Shown: piece after piece, positions 18,690-29,287 of the stretch | How positions within the stretch are numbered: position 1 is the stretch's first letter | Layout of the letters: the number at the start of each line of letters is the position of its first letter | NCBI GenBank assembly: GCA_040902335.1 | Contig: JBBDXL010000101.1 | Span: 24,579-88,578 of the forward strand | Direction: 5' to 3' | Source: Burkholderiales bacterium | Lineage (GTDB): Bacteria > Pseudomonadota > Gammaproteobacteria > Burkholderiales > SG8-39 | Length of the DNA: 64,000 nucleotides | Made by a program: the position numbers and the translations under genes | Notes under the pieces: model-generated | The model's database searches: none | Told to the model about the DNA's origin: nothing | The model's input: only the letters and a program-made list of their open reading frames with translations

Positions 18690-19618
18690 GCTGGCCCAAG
18701 CACGCGCGCAAGTGGAGCCCCGCGGAGATCCTCAAGGATGTGGCGAAGGCGAGGAACCAATTCAGAGTTCGCAGAGTTGGAGAACCGCGGGAGAGGTACG
18801 TGCACGCGTTCCGCGTCATCGAGCGGGCGAATCGCACGATAACACCGCAGCTTTCACGGCTCTTTGACGACCCCCTTGACGTGGACCTGTTGATCTCAAT
18901 CGTGAAGGACAAGGAACTTCTGTCGGCGTTTCGGTACCTCGCGGCACCGCCGGTTTCCCAGGACGACCTCGAGACGCTGTCGGGCGCCCGGCTCGCCTGG
19001 ACTCAGTTGAAAGCCAGTCCCGCGAAGGCGGCGGCAGTCAGAAACGTTGTCGCCTCGATTCTGGACACGAAGCGGTTCGGGTGGTTGCGCGAGCGGCGAG
19101 CTCCGAGGAAACACGAGACGGAGGCCGCAATTCTCGCTTCGACTGTCGTTGCGTCTGCGCAGAGGGTTCAAACGGAGAGGCGCTCGGAGGAACGAAAGGA
19201 ACTCCAGGATGCGGTAATACAGGTTCTGGAGAGGATGAAGTATCGGCGGGCCGACAAGCCGCGCAAGGGGGTTCAGAACCTTCGCCGCGATGCGCCGAAG
19301 CCTGGCGAGTACATGACTGAAGTGTTGATCCATGAACACAACGCGGACGTCGCGGTCGGCATGAAAGATTTCCGGATCCTCGCGGTCGAGTGCAAAGGAT
19401 CGAACAGCGAGATCAACAGCCGCAAGAGAATCAACAAGGAGGTCGCGCGCGACGCGTCGAGCTGGATCGAGCGATTTGGCGATGAGATCGTGCCGGCTGC
19501 GGTCGTCCAGGGCGTCTTCAATGCGACGTATATCGAGCAAGCCCAGGAGACCCCCGTGGTGTTCATCTGGGCACACCGGCTCGAGGACCTCGAGCGATTC
19601 CTGAACGCGAGTCGATAG
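18686..19618 (+). CDS. putative type II restriction endonuclease (PD-(D/E)xK-like; XamI-like from memory only)
   Basis: 310 aa. The GTG start overlaps the methylase stop (GTGA). Candidate catalytic stretch: HNADVAVGMKDFRILAVECKGSNSE (D...E-x-K). Same low-GC patch as the methylase. Confidence 0.6.
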   Translation: MSWPKHARKWSPAEILKDVAKARNQFRVRRVGEPRERYVHAFRVIERANRTITPQLSRLFDDPLDVDLLISIVKDKELLSAFRYLAAPPVSQDDLETLSGARLAWTQLKASPAKAAAVRNVVASILDTKRFGWLRERRAPRKHETEAAILASTVVASAQRVQTERRSEERKELQDAVIQVLERMKYRRADKPRKGVQNLRRDAPKPGEYMTEVLIHEHNADVAVGMKDFRILAVECKGSNSEINSRKRINKEVARDASSWIERFGDEIVPAAVVQGVFNATYIEQAQETPVVFIWAHRLEDLERFLNASR

Positions 19619-19794
19619 CGCATTCGCGCAAACTTCCCCGAGTCCACAATGAGGAGAGCGAAGCGAACTCGGCATGGCCGAGGGCAGACCGTCAAGCTCC
19701 TGCCCAAGCGCATCGGCTTGAAACGGCTCGATTCAATATTGGGGGCGTTTCGCGGCCGGTTCAGGCGACGCCAGCCCCGCATGCGCGGTCCCCG

Positions 19795-20748
19795 CTAGCC
19801 AAAGAGCCCCTTCACCGCGGCGACGATCTTCTCCGGCTGCGGCAGCGCCGCTTCCTCGAGGTGTTTCGGATACGGCATCGGCACCTCCTCGCTGCACACG
19901 CGCGCCACCGGCGCATCCAGCTCGTAGAAGGCCTGCTCACTGAGGCGCGCCATCACTTCCGCGGCGAGGCCGCCGCTCCTCCAGCCCTCGTCCACCACGA
20001 CGACGCGGCGCGTCTTCTTCACCGACTCGATGACCGGCGCCAGGTCGAGCGGGCGCAATACGCGCAGATCGATCACCTCGCCGTCCACCACTTCTGCGGC
20101 CTTCAGCGCCTTGGGCAGGCAACCGCCGTAGGTCACCAGGGTGACCTTGCTTCCCGTCCTGCGGACCTTGGACGAAGCGATGTCCACCTTCTCGCCGGAA
20201 GCTTCGCCTTTTGTCTCGAAAAGTGCCGGGTACTCGAACAGGAGCACCGGGTCCGGGTCGGCGAGCGCGGCGGCGAGCATGCCGCGCGCGTCCTCCACCG
20301 TCGCGGGCGCGACGATCTTGATGCCGGGAATGTGCGCGTACCAGCCCTCCAGGCTATGCGAGTGCTGCGCGGCGAGCTGGCGCCCGGCGCCGGTCGACAT
20401 GCGCACGACCAGCGGCACCGAGAACTGCCCTCCCGACATGTGCCTGAGCAGCGCCGCGGTGTTCACGATCTGGTCGAGCGCGAGCAGGCTGAAGTTCACC
20501 GTCATCACTTCCACGATCGGGCGCATGCCGCCGAGCGCGGCGCCGATGCCCGCGCCGGTGAAGCCGAGCTCGGAGAGCGGCGTGTCGCGCACGCGCTCGG
20601 GCCCGTACTTTTCCAGCAGGCCCTTGCTCACGGCATAGGTGCCGCCGTATTTGCCTACGTCCTCGCCCATGAGGAACACGCGCTCGTCCTTTGCCAGCGC
20701 CTCGTCGAGCGCCTGGCGCAGCGCTTCGCGGTAGGTGATGAGGCTCAT
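19795..20748 (-). CDS. 2-oxoacid (pyruvate/acetoin-type) dehydrogenase E1 beta subunit
   Basis: [44 protein letters not shown]... The ATG overlaps the E1-alpha stop (ATGA). Confidence 0.95.
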   Translation of the reverse strand: MSLITYREALRQALDEALAKDERVFLMGEDVGKYGGTYAVSKGLLEKYGPERVRDTPLSELGFTGAGIGAALGGMRPIVEVMTVNFSLLALDQIVNTAALLRHMSGGQFSVPLVVRMSTGAGRQLAAQHSHSLEGWYAHIPGIKIVAPATVEDARGMLAAALADPDPVLLFEYPALFETKGEASGEKVDIASSKVRRTGSKVTLVTYGGCLPKALKAAEVVDGEVIDLRVLRPLDLAPVIESVKKTRRVVVVDEGWRSGGLAAEVMARLSEQAFYELDAPVARVCSEEVPMPYPKHLEEAALPQPEKIVAAVKGLFG

Positions 20749-21733
20749 GCCGGCGTGATCACGTGTTTCGTCAGGTCCGCGATGGGCTCCCAGGTGCCGG
20801 CCTCGGCGAAGGCGACTGCCTTCTCCACCTCGGCCTGCGCTGCGGCATCGAGCTCGAGGAAGCGCTCCTCGGTGAGCTGCTTCTGCGCCTTGAGGCGCGC
20901 GGTAAACGTATGGATCGGTCCGCGCGTCTTCCATTGCTCGATCTCGGCCTTGTCGCGGTACAGCTCCGGGTCGAACATGGAGTGCGCGCGGAAGCGGTAG
21001 GTCTGGAGCTCCACGAAGATCGGGCCTTTCTTCGCCGCGTACTCGCGCGCGCGCTGCGCCGTCTCGTGCACCGCGGCGACGTCCATGCCGTCCACTTTCA
21101 GCGTCGCCATGCCATAGGACGCGGCCTTGGCGCAGAGGTCGGTTTGCGATTCCGAGCGCTCGAGCGCGGTGCCCATGGCGTAGAGATTGTTCTCGCAGAA
21201 GTACGCGACCGGCAGCGTCCAGAGCGCGGCGAGGTTCATCGACTCGTGGAACGCGCCCTCGGCCACGGCGCCCTCGCCGAAGAAGCAGGCGGTGACGCGC
21301 TTTTCTATCTGCAGCTTCGCGGCCAGCGCGAGCCCCGCGGCGAGCGGCAGGCCGCCGCCGACGATGGCGTTGCCGCCGTAGAAGCGCGTCGCCGCGTCGA
21401 ACAGGTGCATCGAGCCGCCGCGCCCGCCCGAGCAGCCTTCCTGCTTGCCGTACATCTCGGCCATGATCGCGTCCATCGACACCCCGCGCAGCAGCGCGTG
21501 GCCGTGCTCGCGGTAGGTCGCCACCACGTTGTCCTCCTTCTCGAGCGCGCGCATCGCGCCCGCGGCGACCGCCTCCTCGCCGATATAGAGGTGCAGGAAC
21601 CCCCGGATCTTGCCCGCGCCGTAGAGCTCGGCGCACTTCTCCTCCATGCGGCGGATCCTCAGCATGTCGGCGAGCAGCGCGAGCGAGAGCTCCGCCGGCA
21701 GCTTGACCCTTCCCGAGGGCGGCGGCGGGACCT

Positions 21734-21737
<4 letters not shown>
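20745..21737 (-). CDS. 2-oxoacid dehydrogenase E1 alpha subunit (ThDP-binding)
   Basis: [15 protein letters not shown]...YREHGHAL...[15 protein letters not shown]...[25 protein letters not shown] 21737 overlaps the ligase stop (GTGA). Confidence 0.95.
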
Positions 21738-23452
<1,715 letters not shown>

Positions 23453-23488
23453 CAAGCGCCCTGCCGACCTGCCCGCAACAATCCTGCA

Positions 23489-24016
23489 ATGGCCGAGTAC
23501 CCGCTGCACCTCGTGCGCCGGCGCACGCTCGCCGACGGCCGCACCGTGACCATCCGCCCGATCCGCGCCGAGGACGAGATGCCCACGCGCGACTTCTTCG
23601 AGCACCTGTCCGCGGAATCGCGGCAGATGCGCTTCATGAAGTTCGTAAGATCGGTCTCCGACAAGCTGATCCACTTCTTCACGCACGTCGACTACGAAAA
23701 GCACATGGCGTTCGTGTGCGAGGCCGAGCTCGAGGGCCGGCCGACGCTGGTGGGCGAGGCGCGCTACGTCGGCAACCCCGACGGCCGCAGCTGCGAGTTC
23801 GGCGTGGTGATCGCGGACGACTGGCGCCACAGCGGCATCGCCGGGCTGCTGATGGACGCGCTGATCCGCGCCGCGCGCGCCAACGGCATGGAGACCATGG
23901 AGGGTCTGGTGCTGCGCGAGAACCGCGAGATGATGAAGTTCGTGCGCGCGCTCGGCTTCGAGGCGACGGCCGATCCGGTAGAGTCCACCCTGATGCGAGC
24001 GGTGAAGAAGCTTTGA
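23489..24016 (+). CDS. GNAT N-acetyltransferase resembling the catalytic domain of Pat-type protein lysine acetyltransferases
   Basis: 175 aa: [31 protein letters not shown]...[30 protein letters not shown]. Confidence 0.8.
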   Translation: MAEYPLHLVRRRTLADGRTVTIRPIRAEDEMPTRDFFEHLSAESRQMRFMKFVRSVSDKLIHFFTHVDYEKHMAFVCEAELEGRPTLVGEARYVGNPDGRSCEFGVVIADDWRHSGIAGLLMDALIRAARANGMETMEGLVLRENREMMKFVRALGFEATADPVESTLMRAVKKL

Positions 24017-24714
24017 GCGGCCCGGTCTTCCAGGCAAACCCGCGGCTCGCCCTTGAAGGCATCGAAGCGGTGATCTTCGACCTCGATGGCGTGGTGACGC
24101 GGACCGCGAAGGTCCATGCCCAGGCGTGGCAGGAGGCGTTTGCGCCCCTCCCCTTCGACCCCGTGGCCGATTACCTGCGCTACGTCGACGGCAAGCCGCG
24201 CGAAGACGGCGTGCGCAGCTTCCTCGCCGCGCGCGGCATCGCCGCCGCCGACGAGGAGGTGCGCGCGATCGGCGCGCGCAAGAACGCCCTCTTTCTCGAG
24301 CGCCTGCGCGACGGCGTGGAGGTGTACGAAACCACGCTCGCGCTGATCCGCGCGCTGCGCCGGCGGGGCGTGCGCACCGCGCTGGTGACCGCCAGCCGCA
24401 ACGCGGACGCGGTGCTGCAGGCTGCCGGAATCCACGATCTGTTCGACGCGCGCGTCGACGGCAACGACGCCGCGCGCCTGGGGCTGGCCGGCAAGCCCGC
24501 GCCGGATACCTTTCTGCACGCCGCCGAGGCGCTCGGCGTCGCGCCCGCGCGCGCGGCGGTGGTGGAGGACGCGCTCGCCGGCGTGGAGGCGGGTCGTGCG
24601 GGTGGCTTCGGCGCGGTGATCGGCGTGGACCGCGCCGGGCAGGCCGAAGCGCTGCGCGAGCACGGTGCGACGCTCGTGGTGGGCGATCTCGGCGAGCTGG
24701 AGCGCGCGGCATGA
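24013..24714 (+). CDS. HAD-superfamily hydrolase, beta-phosphoglucomutase-like
   Basis: TTG 24013 overlaps the GNAT stop (TTGA). [12 protein letters not shown] (DxDG motif), [30 protein letters not shown]. Confidence 0.85.
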   Translation: MSGPVFQANPRLALEGIEAVIFDLDGVVTRTAKVHAQAWQEAFAPLPFDPVADYLRYVDGKPREDGVRSFLAARGIAAADEEVRAIGARKNALFLERLRDGVEVYETTLALIRALRRRGVRTALVTASRNADAVLQAAGIHDLFDARVDGNDAARLGLAGKPAPDTFLHAAEALGVAPARAAVVEDALAGVEAGRAGGFGAVIGVDRAGQAEALREHGATLVVGDLGELERAA

Positions 24715-25463
24715 GCCGCGCGACGCCCGAGGCAATCCGCGCCGCGGCAGGCAGCCGCGGGCTGGCGCTGTTCCTCGACTACGACGGCACGCTTTCGCCG
24801 ATCGTCGAGCGCCCGGAGGACGCGGTGCTCGCCCCGGAAACCCGCGAGGTGCTGCAGCGTCTCGCGCGGCGCCACCCGGTCGCCATCGTGAGCGGGCGCG
24901 ACCTCGAGGACGTGCGCCGGCGCGTCGGGCTGCCAGAGGTGCATTACGCCGGCTGCCACGGCTTCGAGATCGCCGGGCCGCGCGGCAACCGCGTGCACGG
25001 CGCCGCGGCGGCCGCCGCGCCGCAGCTCGCCGCCGCTGCGGACCAGGTGGCGCGCGACACCCACGATCTCCCAGGGGTGCAGCTCGAGCGCAAGCGCTTC
25101 ACGCTCGCCGTCCACTACCGGCGCGCGCGCGACGCGGACGTGCCCGCGGTACGCGATGCCGTGGCGCGCGCGCAGGCGCGCCACCCGGCGCTGCGCGTGA
25201 CCTCGGGCAAGAAGGTGTTCGAGCTGCAGCCCGACGTGGACTGGGACAAGGGGCGCGCGGTGCTGTGGCTCATCGAGACGCTCGGCCTCGAGGACGCGTT
25301 GCCGGTCTACATCGGCGACGACGTCACCGACGAGGACGCCTTCCGCGCGCTCGCGCATCGCGGCGTCGGCATCGCGGTGCAGGAAGCGCCGCAGCCCACC
25401 GCCGCGCAATACACGCTGCGCGACACGGACGAGGTGCGCGCCCTGCTCGCCGGCCTCGCGTGA
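24711..25463 (+). CDS. otsB: trehalose-6-phosphate phosphatase
   Basis: [35 protein letters not shown]. The ATG overlaps the upstream stop (ATGA). Confidence 0.9.
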   Translation: MSRATPEAIRAAAGSRGLALFLDYDGTLSPIVERPEDAVLAPETREVLQRLARRHPVAIVSGRDLEDVRRRVGLPEVHYAGCHGFEIAGPRGNRVHGAAAAAAPQLAAAADQVARDTHDLPGVQLERKRFTLAVHYRRARDADVPAVRDAVARAQARHPALRVTSGKKVFELQPDVDWDKGRAVLWLIETLGLEDALPVYIGDDVTDEDAFRALAHRGVGIAVQEAPQPTAAQYTLRDTDEVRALLAGLA

Positions 25464-27835
25464 GCTGGAGCCTCGACTACCGCGAGTTCAAGCCCGAGGA
25501 AGAGCGCCTGCGTGAAGCGCTCTGCACCCTGGGAAACGGCTACTTCGCCACGCGCGGCGCGGCCCCCGAGGCCGCCGCCGGCGAGGTGCACTATCCGGGC
25601 ACCTACCTCGCCGGCGGCTACGACCGCCAGGCGACCGAGATCGCGGGGCGCGAGATCGAGAACGAGGACCTGGTCAATTTGCCCAACTGGCTCGCGCTGG
25701 CTTTTCGCATCGACGGCGCCGACTGGTTCGACCTGAAGGCGGTCGAGATCCTCGACTACCGGCAGGTGCTCGATTTCTCCTGCGGCATGCTCGAGCGCCA
25801 CGTGCGCTTTCGCGACGCCGCGGGGCGCCACACGCGGTTCGACGAACGGCGCCTCGTCCACATGGCCGAGCCGCACCTCGCGGCGCTGGAAACGGTGCTC
25901 ACCGCCGAGGACTGGAGCGGCCCGCTCGAAGTCGTGAGCGCGCTCGACGCTCGCGTGGAGAACGCGGGCGTGGCGCGCTACCGCGACCTCGCGCGCAGGC
26001 ACCTCGAGCCGCTCGAGGCGCGCGCCGCGGGCGCGGACACGGTGCTCCTGAAGGTGCGCACCCTGCAGTCGCGGCTGGAAATCGCGCTCGCCGCGCGCAC
26101 GCGGCTCGACCGCCCCTGCCAGGCGCGCGAGCTCGTCGAGGCCGGGTACGCCGGGAGCAGGCTGCATCTCGAGCCGCGGCAAGGCGAGCCGCTGCGCATC
26201 GAGAAGATCGTGGCGCTGCATACCTCGCGCGACCGGGCCATCTCGGAGTGCGGCGAAGCAGCGCTCGCGAGCGCCGCGCGCGCGCCGGACTTCGCCGCGC
26301 TCGCGGCGAGCCACGGCCTCGCCTGGAGCCACCTGTGGCAGCGCTTCGACATCGCGCTCGAGGACGGCGGCGAGCGCACGCAGCGCATCCTGCGCCTGCA
26401 CATCTTCCACCTCCTGCAGACCGCCTCGCCCAACAGCAAGATGCTCGACGCCGGCGTGCCCGCGCGCGGGCTGCACGGCGAGGCTTACCGCGGCCACATC
26501 TTCTGGGACGAGCTGTTCATCTTCCCGCTGCTGAACTTCCGCCTGCCCGAGATCACGCGCGCGCTGCTGCTCTACCGCTACCACCGGCTCGGCGCAGCGC
26601 GCGAGGCCGCGCGCGCGGCGGGCTATCGCGGCGCCATGTTCCCCTGGCAGAGCGGCTCGAGCGGGCGCGAGGAAAGCCAGGTGCTGCACCTCAACCCGCG
26701 CTCGGGGCGCTGGATCCCGGACCACACCTACTTGCAGCGCCACGTCAACGCGGCGATCGCCTACAACGTCTGGCAGTACTACCAGGTGACGCGCGACCTG
26801 GAGTTCCTCGGCTTCTACGGCGCCGAGATGTTCCTCGAGATCGCGCGCTTCTGGGGCGGCTTCGCCACCTTCAACGAGACGCACCAGCGCTACGAGATCC
26901 TCGGCGTGGTCGGCCCCGACGAGTTCCACACCGCGGACGCGGAAACCGGGCGCCCGGGGCTCGACAACCACGCCTACACCAGCGTCATGGCGGCCTGGGT
27001 GCTGGCGCGCGCCTTCGACGTGCTCGCGGCGCTGCCGGATGAGCGCCGGCGCGAGCTGCGCGAGACGCTCGCGCTGGGCGACGAGGAGCTCGCGCGCTGG
27101 GACGACGCCAGCCGGCGCATGCGCGTCGCCTTTCACGGTAACGGCATCATCAGCCAGTTCGAGGGCTACGAGCAGCTCGCCGAGCTCGACTGGGACCGCT
27201 ACCGCGCCGAGTACCGCGATTTCTCGCGCCTGGACCGCGTGCTCGAGGCCGAGGGCGACGACGTCAACCGCTACAAGGCGTCCAAGCAGGCCGACGTGCT
27301 GATGCTGTTTTACCTGTTCTCCGCCGAGGAGCTGGAGGAGATCTTCGGCCGGCTCGGCTACTCGTTTCCCGCCGACACCATCCCGAAGAACGTCGCCTAC
27401 TACGCGGCGCGCACCACGCACGGCTCTACGCTCTCGCGCGTGGTGAACTCGTGGGTGCTCGCGCGCTCGGACCGCGCCGGCTCCTGGCGCCAGTTCCTCG
27501 AGGCGCTGGAGAGCGACGTCGGCGACATCCAGGGCGGGACGACCTCCGAGGGCATCCATCTCGGGGCCATGGCGGGCACCGTCGACCTGGTGCAGCGCGG
27601 CTATACCGGCATCGAGGCGCGCGGCGACGTGCTCTGGCTCAACCCGCGGCTGCCGCAGGAGCTCGCCTGCCTGCGCCTCACCGTGCGCTACCGCGGCCTC
27701 ACGCTCGATCTCGAAGTGCGCCAGGAAGTCCTCGAAGTGCACGCGCGCGCCTCGAACGCCGCACCCATCGCGCTCGGCGTGGTCGACGCGGTGCACAGCC
27801 TGAAGGCCGGGGAAACGCGGCGTTTCCCGTTATGA
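25460..27835 (+). CDS. glycoside hydrolase family 65 protein (trehalose/kojibiose/maltose phosphorylase-like)
   Basis: 791 aa. GTG 25460 overlaps the otsB stop (GTGA). LCTLGNGYFATRGA, GLHGEAYRGHIFWDELFIFP, FPWQSGSSGREE, KQADVLMLFYLF, GGTTSEGIHLGAMAG. Confidence 0.9.
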   Translation: MSWSLDYREFKPEEERLREALCTLGNGYFATRGAAPEAAAGEVHYPGTYLAGGYDRQATEIAGREIENEDLVNLPNWLALAFRIDGADWFDLKAVEILDYRQVLDFSCGMLERHVRFRDAAGRHTRFDERRLVHMAEPHLAALETVLTAEDWSGPLEVVSALDARVENAGVARYRDLARRHLEPLEARAAGADTVLLKVRTLQSRLEIALAARTRLDRPCQARELVEAGYAGSRLHLEPRQGEPLRIEKIVALHTSRDRAISECGEAALASAARAPDFAALAASHGLAWSHLWQRFDIALEDGGERTQRILRLHIFHLLQTASPNSKMLDAGVPARGLHGEAYRGHIFWDELFIFPLLNFRLPEITRALLLYRYHRLGAAREAARAAGYRGAMFPWQSGSSGREESQVLHLNPRSGRWIPDHTYLQRHVNAAIAYNVWQYYQVTRDLEFLGFYGAEMFLEIARFWGGFATFNETHQRYEILGVVGPDEFHTADAETGRPGLDNHAYTSVMAAWVLARAFDVLAALPDERRRELRETLALGDEELARWDDASRRMRVAFHGNGIISQFEGYEQLAELDWDRYRAEYRDFSRLDRVLEAEGDDVNRYKASKQADVLMLFYLFSAEELEEIFGRLGYSFPADTIPKNVAYYAARTTHGSTLSRVVNSWVLARSDRAGSWRQFLEALESDVGDIQGGTTSEGIHLGAMAGTVDLVQRGYTGIEARGDVLWLNPRLPQELACLRLTVRYRGLTLDLEVRQEVLEVHARASNAAPIALGVVDAVHSLKAGETRRFPL

Positions 27836-27842
27836 CCCGTAC

Positions 27843-27861
27843 GGTGGGCCATGGGCCCACC
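27843..27861. terminator. GC hairpin between convergent genes (possible bidirectional terminator)
   Basis: GGTGGGCC-ATG-GGCCCACC: perfect 8-bp stem with a 3-nt loop, between the GH65 stop (27835) and the CBS gene stop (27862). There is no U-tract, so confidence is low. Confidence 0.35.
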
Positions 27862-28320
27862 CTACAGCGGCGCGCGCTTGTCGCGCTCGCGCATGCGGCC
27901 CCAGCGCAGCGCCTCGGCGAGCTGCGCGAGCTCCGTGGAGATCACGCGCAGCACGTCGTCCAGCGTGACGATGCCCTTCAAGCTGCCGTCGGCCGCCACC
28001 ACCGGCAGGCGGCGCACGGCGCGCTCGGACATGCGCTGCACGGCCTCGAAGATCCCGTCGTCCTCCTGCGCCACCGCCAGCTGCGTGGACATCGCGTCGG
28101 CGACGCGGATGCCCTCGGGCCGCGCGCCGGGCACGGCGACGACCGCGACCACGATGTCGCGGTCGGTGAGGATGCCGACCGGCCGCACGACCCCTTCCTT
28201 CTTCTCCACGACGACGAGGGCGCCGACGTGCTGGTTGCGCATGAGGAGCGCCGCTTCGCGCAAGCTCGCGCCCGGCTCGCCGAGCACGACCTTCGGGCTG
28301 TAGAAATCGCGCACTTTCAC
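27862..28320 (-). CDS. CBS-pair domain protein
   Basis: 152 aa with two CBS repeats (GALVVVEKKEGVVRPVGILTDRDIV; LPVVAADGSLKGIVTLDDVL). Confidence 0.9.
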   Translation of the reverse strand: MKVRDFYSPKVVLGEPGASLREAALLMRNQHVGALVVVEKKEGVVRPVGILTDRDIVVAVVAVPGARPEGIRVADAMSTQLAVAQEDDGIFEAVQRMSERAVRRLPVVAADGSLKGIVTLDDVLRVISTELAQLAEALRWGRMRERDKRAPL

Positions 28321-28321
28321 G

Positions 28322-28816
28322 CTAGCGGCTCCAGCTCACGCGCAGCAGGTTGTCGGCCTTGTTGTAGCGGTAGTCGAGCTCGCCCTTGTAGGCGTGCTGC
28401 AGCGCATCGCCGATGCGCCGCGCCAGATGCGCGCCGGTCGTGGTCACCAGGACGCCGCGACCCTCGGCCTCGATCGCCATGATGCGCTCGAGCGGGTGGC
28501 CGCGCTTCTCCGCCGCCTCGCAGCGGTGCACGCGCCCGAGGACTTCCTCGCGGTGCGCGTCGAAGAACTCCCCCTGCACCGAGACGTACCCGGCCGGAAA
28601 GCGGTCGCGGATGCGCTTGCACGCCGGGCAGCGCCCCTCGTGCGCGCCCGCCGGCGCCGCGCCCCAGCTCCAGCGCCCGCGGCGCCAGAGCGCGCCGCAG
28701 TCCTTGCAGCGCGTAGGCTCGGGAAGCTTCCTCCTGGACTTGTAGGTATCGTGCACCACCTGTTCGAGCAGCTGCTCCTGCCGGTGCGTGCGGACGTGCT
28801 TGCGCTGTGATTTCAT
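28322..28816 (-). CDS. conserved zinc-ribbon protein of unknown function
   Basis: ORF 28322..28864. CKDCG...CPACK four-Cys ribbon. I prefer ATG 28816 (MKSQRKHVRTH) because the longer start lies inside FNR box D. From memory only, it resembles proteins encoded in the B. cenocepacia low-oxygen-activated locus. Confidence 0.6.
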   Translation of the reverse strand: MKSQRKHVRTHRQEQLLEQVVHDTYKSRRKLPEPTRCKDCGALWRRGRWSWGAAPAGAHEGRCPACKRIRDRFPAGYVSVQGEFFDAHREEVLGRVHRCEAAEKRGHPLERIMAIEAEGRGVLVTTTGAHLARRIGDALQHAYKGELDYRYNKADNLLRVSWSR

Positions 28817-28850
28817 GGCCTCAAGGTACGCGAGCGGCCTTGAGGCGAGT

Positions 28851-28864
28851 TTGACCTTGGTCAA
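28851..28864. promoter_or_regulatory. FNR-type box TTGACCTTGGTCAA
   Basis: Centre at 28857.5. It is 41.5 bp from ATG 28816 on the minus strand, with TACCTT at -12 to -7. It is 55.5 bp from ATG 28913 on the plus strand, which has an AAGGAGG Shine-Dalgarno sequence. Confidence 0.75.
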
Positions 28865-28912
28865 ACACCGCGCGCGCCGCGGCCCCTAGGCTTGAGGCGA
28901 CAAGGAGGCACG

Positions 28913-29287
28913 ATGGCACTGAACCGCAGGGAAACGATCGAGCTCGCCAGCGCGATCGAGGAGCGCCGCGAGGCGCTGGCCGCGGAAATCCGCCGCGAGG
29001 TGGCGCGCGCGCGCAACGAGCCGTTCGCGGAAGTCGCGGGCGCGGTGCACGACACCGGCGACGAGGCGCTCGCCGACCTGGTGGCCGACGTCGACAACGC
29101 GGAAGTGACGCGCGACCTCGCCGAGCTGCGCGAGCTGGAGGCCGCGCGCGCGCGCATCGCCGACGGCTCCTACGGCGTGTGCGCCGACTGCGGCGCCGAC
29201 ATTCCGGTGGCGCGCCTGCGCGCGCAGCTTGGGGCGCTGCGCTGCATCGCCTGCCAGGAGCGCCACGAGAAGACCTTCCGCAGCTAG
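28913..29287 (+). CDS. TraR/DksA-family C4 zinc-finger protein
   Basis: MALNRRE... from ATG 28913, with a strong Shine-Dalgarno sequence (caAGGAGGcacgATG). C-terminal CADCG...CIAC. Confidence 0.85.
   Translation: MALNRRETIELASAIEERREALAAEIRREVARARNEPFAEVAGAVHDTGDEALADLVADVDNAEVTRDLAELRELEAARARIADGSYGVCADCGADIPVARLRAQLGALRCIACQERHEKTFRS

Larger units (their letters stand above)
17015..19794. other. low-GC islet carrying the RM pair, inserted between the E1-beta and E2 genes
   Basis: Sampled 60-nt lines give about 60% GC here versus about 73% in the flanking dehydrogenase genes. The genes lie on the opposite strand to the flanking operon. I saw no integrase, transposase, or terminal repeats. 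Confidence 0.6.

Noticed and set aside
29284-29287. Convergent dksA-like and NAPRTase genes share overlapping stop codons through the palindrome CTAG
   Set aside because: It is real in the sequence but most simply a coincidence of tight packing. I see no evidence for a functional role.
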